From an uncultured virus (IMG/VR IMGVR_UViG_3300008120_000127) (taxonomy: Duplodnaviria > Heunggongvirae > Uroviricota > Caudoviricetes): a stretch of 64,000 nt of DNA. The position numbers were made by a program, and so were the translations under genes. Where the stretch lies: the IMG/VR virus record IMGVR_UViG_3300008120_000127; one strand, written 5' to 3'. Positions 37,231 to 46,190 of this stretch are shown piece by piece. Numbering within the stretch: the first letter of the stretch is position 1; each line of letters starts with the position of its first letter. The notes beneath the pieces are model-generated. The model saw only the letters and a program-made list of their open reading frames with translations, searched no databases and was not told where the DNA came from.

Positions 37231-38690
37231 TCAAATCCTTCTCCATTAAGCAGATCTTGCAAATCTGTACTTTCAGTATATGAATTTTCATCAACAACTT
37301 GATAGTCTTCATATATTTTCTTTTCATCATTATAACGAACCAATGGTGGATCATAAAGAAAAGCAGAACCAGTTATTCTATTCTTTGGTATCTGCAGCTG
37401 CATGATATTCTCATCTTCGGTTTCATCTTGGGTCGCCAAACGTTTTTCGGTGATAAAGATAGTTACTGCACACTTTTGCTGAATAGCAAGAGAGCCACCA
37501 GTGTCAGATTGCTGGACAACCTCTCTTCTTTCTTTCATTCGATTGGCGTTTTCTTGCGCAGTTATTATTAGAGCGCAATTCATATCTCTAGCTAGCTTTT
37601 CCAGCTTAACCATCATCTCTTCAAATTCGCCCCATCGTGGCTTGCCTTTTCCATTGCCTCTGGTAAACATCGACTGTATTGTGTCGATGATCAAAACATC
37701 AGGAACCTTGTCTGCATGGCCTATTAAATCTCTAAGCCAAAATTCCAGATCCTCAAAATATGGGGTATCAGGGTCATGCCTAACCATAAGGCGATCACCC
37801 CATTTTTCTAATCTAGACTTAAAAATAGATATGTAATCTAGCTTTTCTTTTTCTGACCACTTTTCCGCTTCAGAATATACATTCTTACCTATAATCTGGG
37901 TCATCAATATTCTTTCCCAGTGGCCAACAGCTTCTTCGAAATTTACATACAGAACTCTATGACCAGTGTCTAACCAATGATTGGCCAAACACTTTGCAAA
38001 TGTACTTTTGCCTTTTCCTGATGGAGCAATGATTGCATGAACAGCTCCCTTAAAAAATCCACCATCTTCAGTATAACCCATTGCTTTATTTAGAGCCTTA
38101 AATTGCGTTGGCATAAAGCTTGGTATATCGAGCAGATCATCCGCCCTAGACATAATATCTGAAGCAGTGGTTAGCTTATCAAATGGATTGTACTTTATAG
38201 AGTTTTCCAAGTCTTTAATCTTTGAAGTTAACTCTGATATTCTTGAGGTATCTTCTTCAGACTTAAGGCCCTTTTTGTTTATTAGTATCTGTAGTTCTTG
38301 TAGATAATTTATCTGTTTTCGCTTATTTGCTTTGTGCTTAATTAGCTCTAAAACAGACTCCTTACTTCCAACATCAATACCAAGAACAAAGTCAAGCATG
38401 ATTGATAGTCCGGTGTCGCCACCAAGAGCATTATAAATATCTGTTTCTGACTGAAGCCAAACTTTAAATGCTACAGGATCTACTACATCTAATGCCGTGG
38501 CACGATAGAATCCCAGCAACGCTTCATAAAACTCATGTACGCCTTTTTCTCCATGAATAATTCCTACTATGTCACTAGGAAGATTGTCATTAAAGAATTG
38601 TACAGCCCCAGGCTGCTTAAGGCATAATGAGAACGCATGATACTCTATCGGTGACTTTTCTAGATCAGGTACTTCTTCTGCGATCATCAA
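37227..38690 (-). CDS. dnaB: DnaB-like replicative helicase
   Basis: APSGKGKST, VLYVNFEE, LIIDTIQ, TAQEN and KNR. Confidence 0.85.
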   Translation of the reverse strand: MMIAEEVPDLEKSPIEYHAFSLCLKQPGAVQFFNDNLPSDIVGIIHGEKGVHEFYEALLGFYRATALDVVDPVAFKVWLQSETDIYNALGGDTGLSIMLDFVLGIDVGSKESVLELIKHKANKRKQINYLQELQILINKKGLKSEEDTSRISELTSKIKDLENSIKYNPFDKLTTASDIMSRADDLLDIPSFMPTQFKALNKAMGYTEDGGFFKGAVHAIIAPSGKGKSTFAKCLANHWLDTGHRVLYVNFEEAVGHWERILMTQIIGKNVYSEAEKWSEKEKLDYISIFKSRLEKWGDRLMVRHDPDTPYFEDLEFWLRDLIGHADKVPDVLIIDTIQSMFTRGNGKGKPRWGEFEEMMVKLEKLARDMNCALIITAQENANRMKERREVVQQSDTGGSLAIQQKCAVTIFITEKRLATQDETEDENIMQLQIPKNRITGSAFLYDPPLVRYNDEKKIYEDYQVVDENSYTESTDLQDLLNGEGFD

Positions 38691-39321
38691 TTTTTGAACC
38701 TTTTATTTTTCTGTATAGTTTTTTCTTGTACTCAGAATTTTTCTTTTTTGCTTCTTGATAAGCTGGATTAGACTTTATGGAAGTCTTGTGAACTGGCTTT
38801 GAAACATGATCAGTTTCTCTTATTGCTGTTAACATTCTATCATATACAGCCTGCTCAGTTAGCAGATCATTGTACCTAAAAACTATTAGAGCTATTCCAT
38901 TATCTAGGCAATACTGGACTTTTTTTTCATCTCTTTTTTTAGCTTGTTCAAAATCATACTTTGACTCAAAAAATCTACTAGTGTAGTAAAAGTGCTGTCT
39001 GCCATGATACTCTGCCGCTATTTTATACTTAGCACAAAATACATCAAACTTTAACTTGTCACCAATATGATATTCGTTAATAATTTCTTCTCCAGGAAGG
39101 AGCTTTTTCATAATTAAAGTCAGAGCTGTTTGGCCTCTAGACATTTTTTTTCTAGAGTTTTTTAACCAAGATAAACCAAGAGAATTGATTTTTTTATTAA
39201 CTTCAGCTATAGAGACATTTAATTGCTTTGCGATTTCGCTAACAGATAAAGACGTATCAAAAAGAAGATCAGTAAGGAATTCTATGTCATCTTCTTCTAG
39301 CTTTTTGTATTCTTTTTTCAT
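38665..39321 (-). CDS. HTH plus Vsr/DUF559-like endonuclease domain protein
   Basis: LSVSEIAKQLNVS; FDVFC...AEYHGRQH...RDEKK. Confidence 0.75.
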   Translation of the reverse strand: MKKEYKKLEEDDIEFLTDLLFDTSLSVSEIAKQLNVSIAEVNKKINSLGLSWLKNSRKKMSRGQTALTLIMKKLLPGEEIINEYHIGDKLKFDVFCAKYKIAAEYHGRQHFYYTSRFFESKYDFEQAKKRDEKKVQYCLDNGIALIVFRYNDLLTEQAVYDRMLTAIRETDHVSKPVHKTSIKSNPAYQEAKKKNSEYKKKLYRKIKGSKIDDRRRST

Positions 39322-39959
39322 GCCACACTTACTGTTTGAGGAGTCTTGCTCAAACTTAATGTTTTGCCAAAATCTAATATTGACATATTTAGATTATCCC
39401 AAATTTTGGAAGCAAGCGCCAAACCAAGCACTCCGCAATCCATGATGCAGTAATCTACTCCGCCTTCAAACTCTGTCAACTGGGCATATATGTTATCTAG
39501 CTTTTCGTAATAGTTTGTATATGCAACGTTGATTATGTGGGCACTATTGCCAAAATGTTTTTGTATTAGCTTTTTATCATGGAAAGTGATTACAACACTT
39601 GGTGAGTTTTTTATGTAATAATTCACGGTTGAATTATAAACATCTTTATTGTTCATATAATAATATTCAAAAATATTTGAATAGTAATATGTACCATTCT
39701 TATGTAGGCCTATCTTATAATGCTTTCCATCTTCTATATCAGAAACTAACGAGTGAGATATAGCCTTCATCATCATCGGATCGTTGTTCTTCAATGAAGC
39801 TATGACGCTTTTTGCAAAATGAGATGGAAAAGAGTTATCAGAATTCTTACTAAGTGCAATAATTGCAGACTTAGTTACATTAATATAAGAAAACTTTTTG
39901 TGTTTTTCTAACGCTAAAGTTAGATTAGTTATTGATTCAGCTGGATTTAGACAAGTCAT
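39318..39959 (-). CDS. GT-D-fold (DUF1792-like) glycosyltransferase-like protein, degenerate
   Basis: C-terminal DCGVLGLALASKIW...SILDFG matches the GT-D pattern; the N-terminal RxGDGE is absent. Confidence 0.45.
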   Translation of the reverse strand: MTCLNPAESITNLTLALEKHKKFSYINVTKSAIIALSKNSDNSFPSHFAKSVIASLKNNDPMMMKAISHSLVSDIEDGKHYKIGLHKNGTYYYSNIFEYYYMNNKDVYNSTVNYYIKNSPSVVITFHDKKLIQKHFGNSAHIINVAYTNYYEKLDNIYAQLTEFEGGVDYCIMDCGVLGLALASKIWDNLNMSILDFGKTLSLSKTPQTVSVA

Positions 39960-39971
39960 TTTTTCTCCTAA

Positions 39972-40664
39972 TTAAATTCCAAACGTACCCCAGTCAATTA
40001 AGACTGGGCTTTCGTCCAATATTGAGTTGATGTGATCTCCGTTATGATATTTGCCACCATCTATTTCTGAATATCTTGAATACTTATCTTTCTTGTCTGA
40101 ATCCTTTATGTATCCCAAGTGCTGCATAACTAAACCTGAGTTTAGCCACCAGTTTCTTTGTCGAACCCAGTCAACGACATACGTTGGTTCCGATCCGCAA
40201 GCAAGCTGTCTGTCGGCAAAGCCGCCGTTAGGAAGGAATCTAAAAATTCTTGAGCTATTATTAGGCGCCCACAATTTGTCTACTCTATACTGAGATTCGT
40301 TCCACATATGATAAAATCTAACATTGACAATATCATTTGGCGATTGAGCCAATACATCTCTTATAGGTAAATCATTTACGTGATATAACATTTCGTCGCA
40401 ATCTATAGCAACAATCCAGTCGCCAACAGAAGCAAACTTTTCCAAATTTGACCAAGCAAATGCTCTGAGCTTACCCTCATGTACTCGGAATAAGGGCTCT
40501 GGACTCTGAAACACCTCGGCATACTTTGATGCTATTTCCGGAGTGTTGTCATCGGAACAGTCATCAGTAAAAATAATTTTATCAACCTGTGAAGACAGTC
40601 TTTCTAGAACGTTTTCTAAGAATCTATCAGATTCATTTTTGCCTATCATTTGAGCTATTATCAT
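39972..40664 (-). CDS. GT2 glycosyltransferase
   Basis: KNESDRFL, TDDCSDDNT, WIVAIDCDE and HLGY. Confidence 0.88.
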   Translation of the reverse strand: MIIAQMIGKNESDRFLENVLERLSSQVDKIIFTDDCSDDNTPEIASKYAEVFQSPEPLFRVHEGKLRAFAWSNLEKFASVGDWIVAIDCDEMLYHVNDLPIRDVLAQSPNDIVNVRFYHMWNESQYRVDKLWAPNNSSRIFRFLPNGGFADRQLACGSEPTYVVDWVRQRNWWLNSGLVMQHLGYIKDSDKKDKYSRYSEIDGGKYHNGDHINSILDESPVLIDWGTFGI

Positions 40665-40687
40665 AAAATATCCAATCTTTAAAAGTA

Positions 40688-40715
40688 GCTTGAGGGGGAT
40701 CTCTCCCCCTCAAGC
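40688..40715 (-). terminator. Intrinsic terminator
   Basis: gcttgaggggga-tctc-tccccctcaagc with a minus-strand T tract. Confidence 0.8.
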
Positions 40716-40741
40716 ATAAACAAATACGTTTGCTGAACTAC

Positions 40742-40936
40742 TCAGCCGACGAGCTGATCGTGGGCCTCAACAGCCGAAATGCGCTCGATCTCAACGTCCT
40801 TGAAGATTACCTCTCCAGCAACTCCAACTGGACGACGACCAGTCGACATTGCAAGCTTTTCCGCCTCGGTCTTATTATTAGCCTTGACGATTGAGGTTGC
40901 TGTTACTGTGAAATACTTCAACTTATTATCTGACAT
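40742..40936 (-). CDS. Hypothetical protein
   Basis: ORF track; AAAGG SD; followed by a terminator. Confidence 0.7.
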   Translation of the reverse strand: MSDNKLKYFTVTATSIVKANNKTEAEKLAMSTGRRPVGVAGEVIFKDVEIERISAVEAHDQLVG

Positions 40937-40950
40937 TGTATTACCTTTCG

Positions 40951-41355
40951 TTAATTTGATGGATAATTGACTGCGATATATTCTATCGCATCTTGCATTG
41001 ATAGTGCAAGCTTTGTGGCCATATATTTCAAATAAACCCTATCTTTATTTGCGTCACAGCAGAAAACTACTGCTGGCTGATTATTGAATTTAGCCCAAGC
41101 TAACTCAAAATCAGTTCCTATATATGGGCGATCTTTTATCATATATTCGACAAGTATTATATCTGCTCTACGTTGTAGAAACAAATTTTTTTCAACAATT
41201 TCTTCTGGAGTTTCATATTCTTTATCAAAAATTAAAGTGGGGTCTAATACATCATAGCCAAAAAGATGAAGCTTTTCAGTAGCAGATTTTCTCCAACTAC
41301 GACCATACTCTTCTACGCCTTCTATGGCTCCAGACAAAAATATTTTAAGCGGCAT
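40951..41355 (-). CDS. Nucleoside 2-deoxyribosyltransferase / nucleotide N-glycosidase family protein
   Basis: IFLSGAI, WR, LDP, ADIILV and GTDFELAWA. Confidence 0.8.
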   Translation of the reverse strand: MPLKIFLSGAIEGVEEYGRSWRKSATEKLHLFGYDVLDPTLIFDKEYETPEEIVEKNLFLQRRADIILVEYMIKDRPYIGTDFELAWAKFNNQPAVVFCCDANKDRVYLKYMATKLALSMQDAIEYIAVNYPSN

Positions 41356-41764
41356 ACGTTGCTCCTGGCCAGTAATATTCTAGATCATTTGGTTCATCAA
41401 AGTATTGTGAATAATATTTGAAATCTTTTCGAAGGAGATTTGATCTGTGTGATCTGTGGAACTGTTCATCGCCAAACCAAACTGGCATAACCACAGTGCC
41501 TGGATCTATCTCTTCATAAGACATGTTATTATTATACCCTCTGCGAATCCACTCTCTAATAGTTATATTTTGATACAACTTCAAGGCAGACTCATAGCCA
41601 GTCCACATTAACGTGACTGGATGATTTCGCCAACCTTTCGTAGGCGTTCTCTCAAGTAAAATATTAAGAACTTGAAATGTCTCAACACGTTGTTTCCCCA
41701 ATCTACGGTAGTCTAATACTTCTACTGACTTTTGGAAATCAGCATAAGGTAAGAATGTTTGCAC
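41345..41764 (-). CDS. Pyrimidine-dimer DNA glycosylase-like protein (MSMEG_6728 family)
   Basis: MQTFLPYADF...LD.RRLGKQRVE...W.NHP..LMW.GY...HRSNLLRKD...Y.WP. Confidence 0.88.
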   Translation of the reverse strand: MQTFLPYADFQKSVEVLDYRRLGKQRVETFQVLNILLERTPTKGWRNHPVTLMWTGYESALKLYQNITIREWIRRGYNNNMSYEEIDPGTVVMPVWFGDEQFHRSHRSNLLRKDFKYYSQYFDEPNDLEYYWPGATYAA

Positions 41765-41765
41765 T

Positions 41766-42164
41766 TTAATCCTTTTTGAATTCAGTAAATGTTTTGTCGC
41801 CTACACCAAAGTATTCTCTGGCTAGACCAGAAGCTATTATAGCATCATTGAGACACTCTCCGGCTTCATTCCATACTTTTGCTAGAACTCTTCCATACTT
41901 TTCGTTCTTGTCAATGATAGTTTCTATCTTAACCTTATGATTTGCAGCTGTCAACCATTGATCAGTAAATTCTTTTGCGGCTAAGCCCATTTTCTTTTCT
42001 TCAATATTGGAAGTGCGACTCTCTGGAGTATTAACTCCATAAAGGCGAACTCTACCTTTCTTCAAAACATCAAAACCAAGATCAATAACAATATCGAAGG
42101 TATCACCATCAATTGTCTTCTTGACCTCTGCATTGTAAATCCAGGGGTTTAATTTATCTTTCAT
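41766..42164 (-). CDS. Thermonuclease (SNase) family nuclease
   Basis: IDGDT, RVRLYGVNTPE and KYGRVLA. Confidence 0.9.
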   Translation of the reverse strand: MKDKLNPWIYNAEVKKTIDGDTFDIVIDLGFDVLKKGRVRLYGVNTPESRTSNIEEKKMGLAAKEFTDQWLTAANHKVKIETIIDKNEKYGRVLAKVWNEAGECLNDAIIASGLAREYFGVGDKTFTEFKKD

Positions 42165-42177
42165 ATCAATTCCTTTT

Positions 42178-43065
42178 TTATATGTTAATTATTTTTTCTG
42201 CTATCCATTTTATAACTGGGCTAACTGCACCGTTGCCACACATTTTATATCTTGCGTTATCTGAATTCTCTTTTCCGTCCGCTCTATAAATTGTATGGTT
42301 ATCGTTCCAGCCCATAAGTCTTTCGCACTCAAGAGGTGTTAATCTACGTACTTTTTGTAAGGACTCCTCTAATACTAGATTTTCCCCTCTACTTGAGGGG
42401 ATTCCTCCTTGGCCACCGCTTCTAAGGCAGCTAGCAAGTTCTGTGGCATCGTCTTGTTTTCCCTTAGTATTCTTCGCAAGATTCCCTGAGCTGCTTTCTT
42501 TGATAGGTAATATTTTATCAGGACATCTTCCCGCGATTGCAGGATCAAAGACAGAGAGCAAATAGATTCTTCTACGTCGCTGGGGCACTCCAAAGTATCT
42601 AGCATCCAAAACTGCCCATTCGCTGAAAAGCGCCCCTGCTTCATCCATTTGCCAGAGAACTTGCTTGAAATCTGAGCCTGAGTTAGATGACAGGGATCCT
42701 GTGACATTTTCCCAGATTGTCCATTTTGGATATTCTCCATTTGATTTTTCTCTCATTTCTTTTATTACCCTAACAGCTTCATAGAATAAGACTGACTTAC
42801 TGCCAAGCAGACCGCTTTTCCCTCCCGCAGTAGATAGATCTTGACATGGCGAACCGAAGGCAATTAGATCAACGAATGGCAATTCATAGCCTTTAATATT
42901 TTTTATGTCTCCATAAAGTGCAACATGAGGCCAATGATATTTTAGAGTTTGTTGACAGTTTTCATCTATTTCAACCTGAAATGCACACTCTAATTTAGCG
43001 GAATCTAACCCTAAATCTATACCACCAACACCAGAAAATAATGAGCCATATGTCTTTAGTGGCAA
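42178..43065 (-). CDS. DNA (cytosine-5) methyltransferase
   Basis: Motifs I SLFSGVGG, IV GSPCQD, VI WENV, VIII PQRRRR, IX RRLTPLECERLMG and X GN. Confidence 0.95.
   Translation of the reverse strand: MPLKTYGSLFSGVGGIDLGLDSAKLECAFQVEIDENCQQTLKYHWPHVALYGDIKNIKGYELPFVDLIAFGSPCQDLSTAGGKSGLLGSKSVLFYEAVRVIKEMREKSNGEYPKWTIWENVTGSLSSNSGSDFKQVLWQMDEAGALFSEWAVLDARYFGVPQRRRRIYLLSVFDPAIAGRCPDKILPIKESSSGNLAKNTKGKQDDATELASCLRSGGQGGIPSSRGENLVLEESLQKVRRLTPLECERLMGWNDNHTIYRADGKENSDNARYKMCGNGAVSPVIKWIAEKIINI
42375..42740 (-). CDS. Nested alternate-frame ORF resembling the M.EcoHK31I beta-type polypeptide
   Basis: 121-codon same-strand ORF inside the MTase, containing SLSLIL...KYYLSKKAAQGILRR...LLAAL. Confidence 0.6.
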   Translation of the reverse strand: MENIQNGQSGKMSQDPCHLTQAQISSKFSGKWMKQGRFSANGQFWMLDTLECPSDVEESICSLSLILQSREDVLIKYYLSKKAAQGILRRILRENKTMPQNLLAALEAVAKEESPQVEGKI

Positions 43066-43066
43066 A

Positions 43067-43858
43067 TTAATCTCTTTCTATTCCCATATAGTCGCAAGCT
43101 TTACGAAATATTGATTGACTTTCTTTGAATTTGGAATCAGCCTCTCCGCCTACGGCAGATGATTTGTGCCAGCTATGACCAATAGAAACGCTTCCATCAT
43201 AGACTACGTTATAACCTAGATGTCTAGCAAAGTAAGAGCACCAGGTTTCTTCATAATAATGCGGTGTAGGAAGGAATGCGCCAGTTGCATCAGGATACAT
43301 TTCTCGATACTTTGGATGATTTGTCAGTGCATTCCATACTTCACGACGAATAAAATATGCAGATCCAGATACTGTAACGCAATTAATTCTATCTCTATAT
43401 AATTCATCATTAAAATCGCTTTGACGCCAGCCACGATGCTTTGGTGCCGTATTGGTGCCAATAATACCGGCATGCGTGATGAGACCGTTTTCGTCTCTCT
43501 GTTTAGGACCTAGAATATGAATATCTGGATTCTCATCAAAAATATTTGCTACTTTAACCAAGTTTTCATTATCCATCCATACGTCAGCGTTCAGTAAGCA
43601 GATAATGTCAGATGAACCCTCAGCTGCTAACTGATTGCATGCGGCGGAGTAACCAATATTATAGTTTTGATAGAATTTCCTAATTCTATATCTTTGATAA
43701 TTATACTTTAGCCAGTCTACACTATCGTCCGTAGAATCATTATCTGCAATGTAAAGATTCCAAACTCTAGGATGGTTATGAAGATCATTATGAAGGCAGT
43801 CTAAAAACCTATTCAATAATGGTCTTGTATTATAGTTAACTACACATAAATCAATCAT
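43067..43858 (-). CDS. GT2 glycosyltransferase
   Basis: VVNYNT, IADNDSTDDS, NIGYSAACN, LLNAD, VSGSAYFIRR and YYEE. Confidence 0.9.
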   Translation of the reverse strand: MIDLCVVNYNTRPLLNRFLDCLHNDLHNHPRVWNLYIADNDSTDDSVDWLKYNYQRYRIRKFYQNYNIGYSAACNQLAAEGSSDIICLLNADVWMDNENLVKVANIFDENPDIHILGPKQRDENGLITHAGIIGTNTAPKHRGWRQSDFNDELYRDRINCVTVSGSAYFIRREVWNALTNHPKYREMYPDATGAFLPTPHYYEETWCSYFARHLGYNVVYDGSVSIGHSWHKSSAVGGEADSKFKESQSIFRKACDYMGIERD

Positions 43859-44114
43859 TGTTTACTCTTTCAATATTTGTGATTGCACTGAAGGCGTTTT
43901 TGGGACTCATACCAAAATCGACTAAATTAAGGAACTCATCCTCAACTATATCTATTGTATTTGAATCGTAAAATTCAATTAATCTATTTAGATATTGCCC
44001 AATATTTGGTTCATTAATTTTTTCTATGAGCTTTTTTCTAGAATGAGACTTGCCAATGACGGAGCCAATAGCAAACATTACCAACAAAAAAGTTAACTTT
44101 TCACCATTCTTCAT
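43851..44114 (-). CDS. Hypothetical protein with N-terminal TM
   Basis: ORF track; start uncertain. Confidence 0.55.
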   Translation of the reverse strand: MKNGEKLTFLLVMFAIGSVIGKSHSRKKLIEKINEPNIGQYLNRLIEFYDSNTIDIVEDEFLNLVDFGMSPKNAFSAITNIERVNND

Positions 44115-44334
44115 ATTCATCATCTTGAAACTCGTGGCGATTCTCACTTGCCTGTGCCCTAACCAAGTCTGCAACATCTTTGTAGTATTGCACGTGCTCT
44201 TCTTCTGTTTCCATGGAAACAAAATCGTAGGTCTCTGCTATATGCAAAGCCACATCATATGGAATAACAATGGCTGTTTCGTCCACATTTAATTTCAGAC
44301 TAATTTTTTTCTTATATGATTGTTTCTTACTCAT
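44101..44334 (-). CDS. Hypothetical protein
   Basis: ORF track. Confidence 0.65.
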   Translation of the reverse strand: MSKKQSYKKKISLKLNVDETAIVIPYDVALHIAETYDFVSMETEEEHVQYYKDVADLVRAQASENRHEFQDDEYEEW

Positions 44335-44533
44335 TACTTTCTTCCTGGTTATTTACTTTATGTATACTTATGCTATCTGTATCTGGTTCAAATGTAATAA
44401 AGAAAACATTTTTATCATCTACAGAATAACCCTCTGGTGGTGGACTTTCTATTGCAATTTTTTTTGAAGAACAACCGTATACTTGGCTGTGATCTTTGTA
44501 GACTAAAATATAGTTTAGCTTAGCTGCTGGCAC
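44327..44533 (-). CDS. Hypothetical protein
   Basis: ORF track; GAGG SD. Confidence 0.6.
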   Translation of the reverse strand: MPAAKLNYILVYKDHSQVYGCSSKKIAIESPPPEGYSVDDKNVFFITFEPDTDSISIHKVNNQEESNE

Positions 44534-44990
44534 TTTTTACCTCTATAGTTTTTACTGAGCATTTTTTCAAAAACTCCCTAACCTCACACCAATTGCTGTA
44601 CGAGGTATCGGAAATATAGTATACAGTTTCAACTGTTGAATTTGCAATTAGCTTTGCACAAGAGAAGCATGGCGGTCCATTGACATACATCTTTTTCGGT
44701 CTTGCAGAATAATCTGAATGAAGAAGGGCGTTAGCTTCTGCGTGCACAGCTATGCAATTATCATATATTGAACCATTTGGTGAATTCTCTAAATATCTTG
44801 GGCACCCGCCATCTTCACAGTGCTTAAGGCCACTGGCCCCACCATTATAGCCCATACCAACAACATGACCAAGGTCATCGACTAGTATTGCAGAGTATTT
44901 TCTTTTAGCGCATGTAGAAAATATTTTAGATATTTCTATACATAAATTCATGTACTGAAAATCTTTTCTTGATACGAAATCAACTACCAT
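44520..44990 (-). CDS. dCMP deaminase family protein
   Basis: STC, GYNG, HAEANA and PCFSC. Confidence 0.9.
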   Translation of the reverse strand: MVVDFVSRKDFQYMNLCIEISKIFSTCAKRKYSAILVDDLGHVVGMGYNGGASGLKHCEDGGCPRYLENSPNGSIYDNCIAVHAEANALLHSDYSARPKKMYVNGPPCFSCAKLIANSTVETVYYISDTSYSNWCEVREFLKKCSVKTIEVKSASS

Positions 44991-45157
44991 ACTAATAACC
45001 CACCAGCAATAGCGCCCGCAATAATACCAAGAACTACCGCTACAATTTTCTCTTTTCTTCTAGATCCATCTAATGATTGTTGGAATATCTGTAATGATAT
45101 ACACCAATTAAGTAGAAAAGAAAATATTAACAACTTTAATATTTCTACAGCTATCAT
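44984..45157 (-). CDS. Small two-TM membrane protein (57 aa)
   Basis: Manual translation MIAVEILKLLIFSFLLNW...IVAVVLGIIAGAIAGGLLVW; ATGA overlap with thyX. Confidence 0.55.
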   Translation of the reverse strand: MIAVEILKLLIFSFLLNWCISLQIFQQSLDGSRRKEKIVAVVLGIIAGAIAGGLLVW

Positions 45158-45855
45158 AACTCGCCAACAAGTAGTGGTATTGAAACAGGAAACTTATCTA
45201 TAACTAAATCCCTAACCGCCGCAGCGTATAATTGTATTTCTTTTTGCGAGTCTTCGGCTAGTCTTTGAGAAAGAAACAATGCTATTGACTGAAGACTACA
45301 TGACCATCTATATATGACATACATGCCATACGCAGGGAGGAAAAGTCTAGCCTGCTCTGGCGCCACTCCTGAGTTTATAGCCATAACATAATGAGCTTCT
45401 CCTTGCTCTATATAATCCAGTAGTTGCTGAGACAGAATTGCTCCAGTCCAAGGATCAACTGGGCCACCGGACCCCTGCTTTTTATTGTCTGGGGCCAATC
45501 TCCAGTCATCCTTTGAGGGAATATGAAATTCTGGATCCATAGTGATATAACGTCTACTTGACTCATTCCACGAATCCATTGTGTGATCAGATCCCACAAC
45601 ATACTTCCAGTGCTGACGAGCAACCATTAAGGGAGCCTTGAATTCAAACGTTGCAAACGCATGTCTAAAGGGTGACATGTGATTTTCTCTAGCAAGGAAA
45701 TGCAGCAGTCGTGCATCAGATACCGACATTTCTGTTGATTCTTTCGCAAACGATGCTCTAGCGGCATTAACTATTGAAAGGTCTGAGCCCATAACGTCGA
45801 CAAGTCTAACATAACCCTTGTCTAGTACTTCAATCAAATTATTAGTTTTCTCCAT
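45154..45855 (-). CDS. thyX: FAD-dependent thymidylate synthase
   Basis: IVNAARASF, H.SPFRH, WNESSRRY, EQARLFLP and QKEI. Confidence 0.92.
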   Translation of the reverse strand: MEKTNNLIEVLDKGYVRLVDVMGSDLSIVNAARASFAKESTEMSVSDARLLHFLARENHMSPFRHAFATFEFKAPLMVARQHWKYVVGSDHTMDSWNESSRRYITMDPEFHIPSKDDWRLAPDNKKQGSGGPVDPWTGAILSQQLLDYIEQGEAHYVMAINSGVAPEQARLFLPAYGMYVIYRWSCSLQSIALFLSQRLAEDSQKEIQLYAAAVRDLVIDKFPVSIPLLVGEL

Positions 45856-46189
45856 TTTCAAAATCCTCATCATCATCTTCATCATCTTCGATTGTAAAAA
45901 TAACAAAATTTTCACTTATAGAATCATTAAAGTCTTCAGACATTCTATACAACAAACCCAATTTTTCAAACTCTTCACTACCAGGCTGTGCAAAATCTAG
46001 CTCACCATTGTTTAAGTCTTCAATTATTTCAGCAATATTGCTTAAGGCATCGATTAAAGATCTCTGCATTAAAAGCAAATCCTTGACAGTTAGTGGGCTA
46101 TCTTTAGAATATGTTTCTGAAAAATCTTTTAACTCTTCTGAATTAATTATTTCAGAAAACTTTTTTTCAAAATCAGGATCTTCTGACAT
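45842..46189 (-). CDS. Acidic hypothetical protein
   Basis: ORF track. Confidence 0.7.
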   Translation of the reverse strand: MSEDPDFEKKFSEIINSEELKDFSETYSKDSPLTVKDLLLMQRSLIDALSNIAEIIEDLNNGELDFAQPGSEEFEKLGLLYRMSEDFNDSISENFVIFTIEDDEDDDEDFENGEN

Positions 46190-46190
46190 G

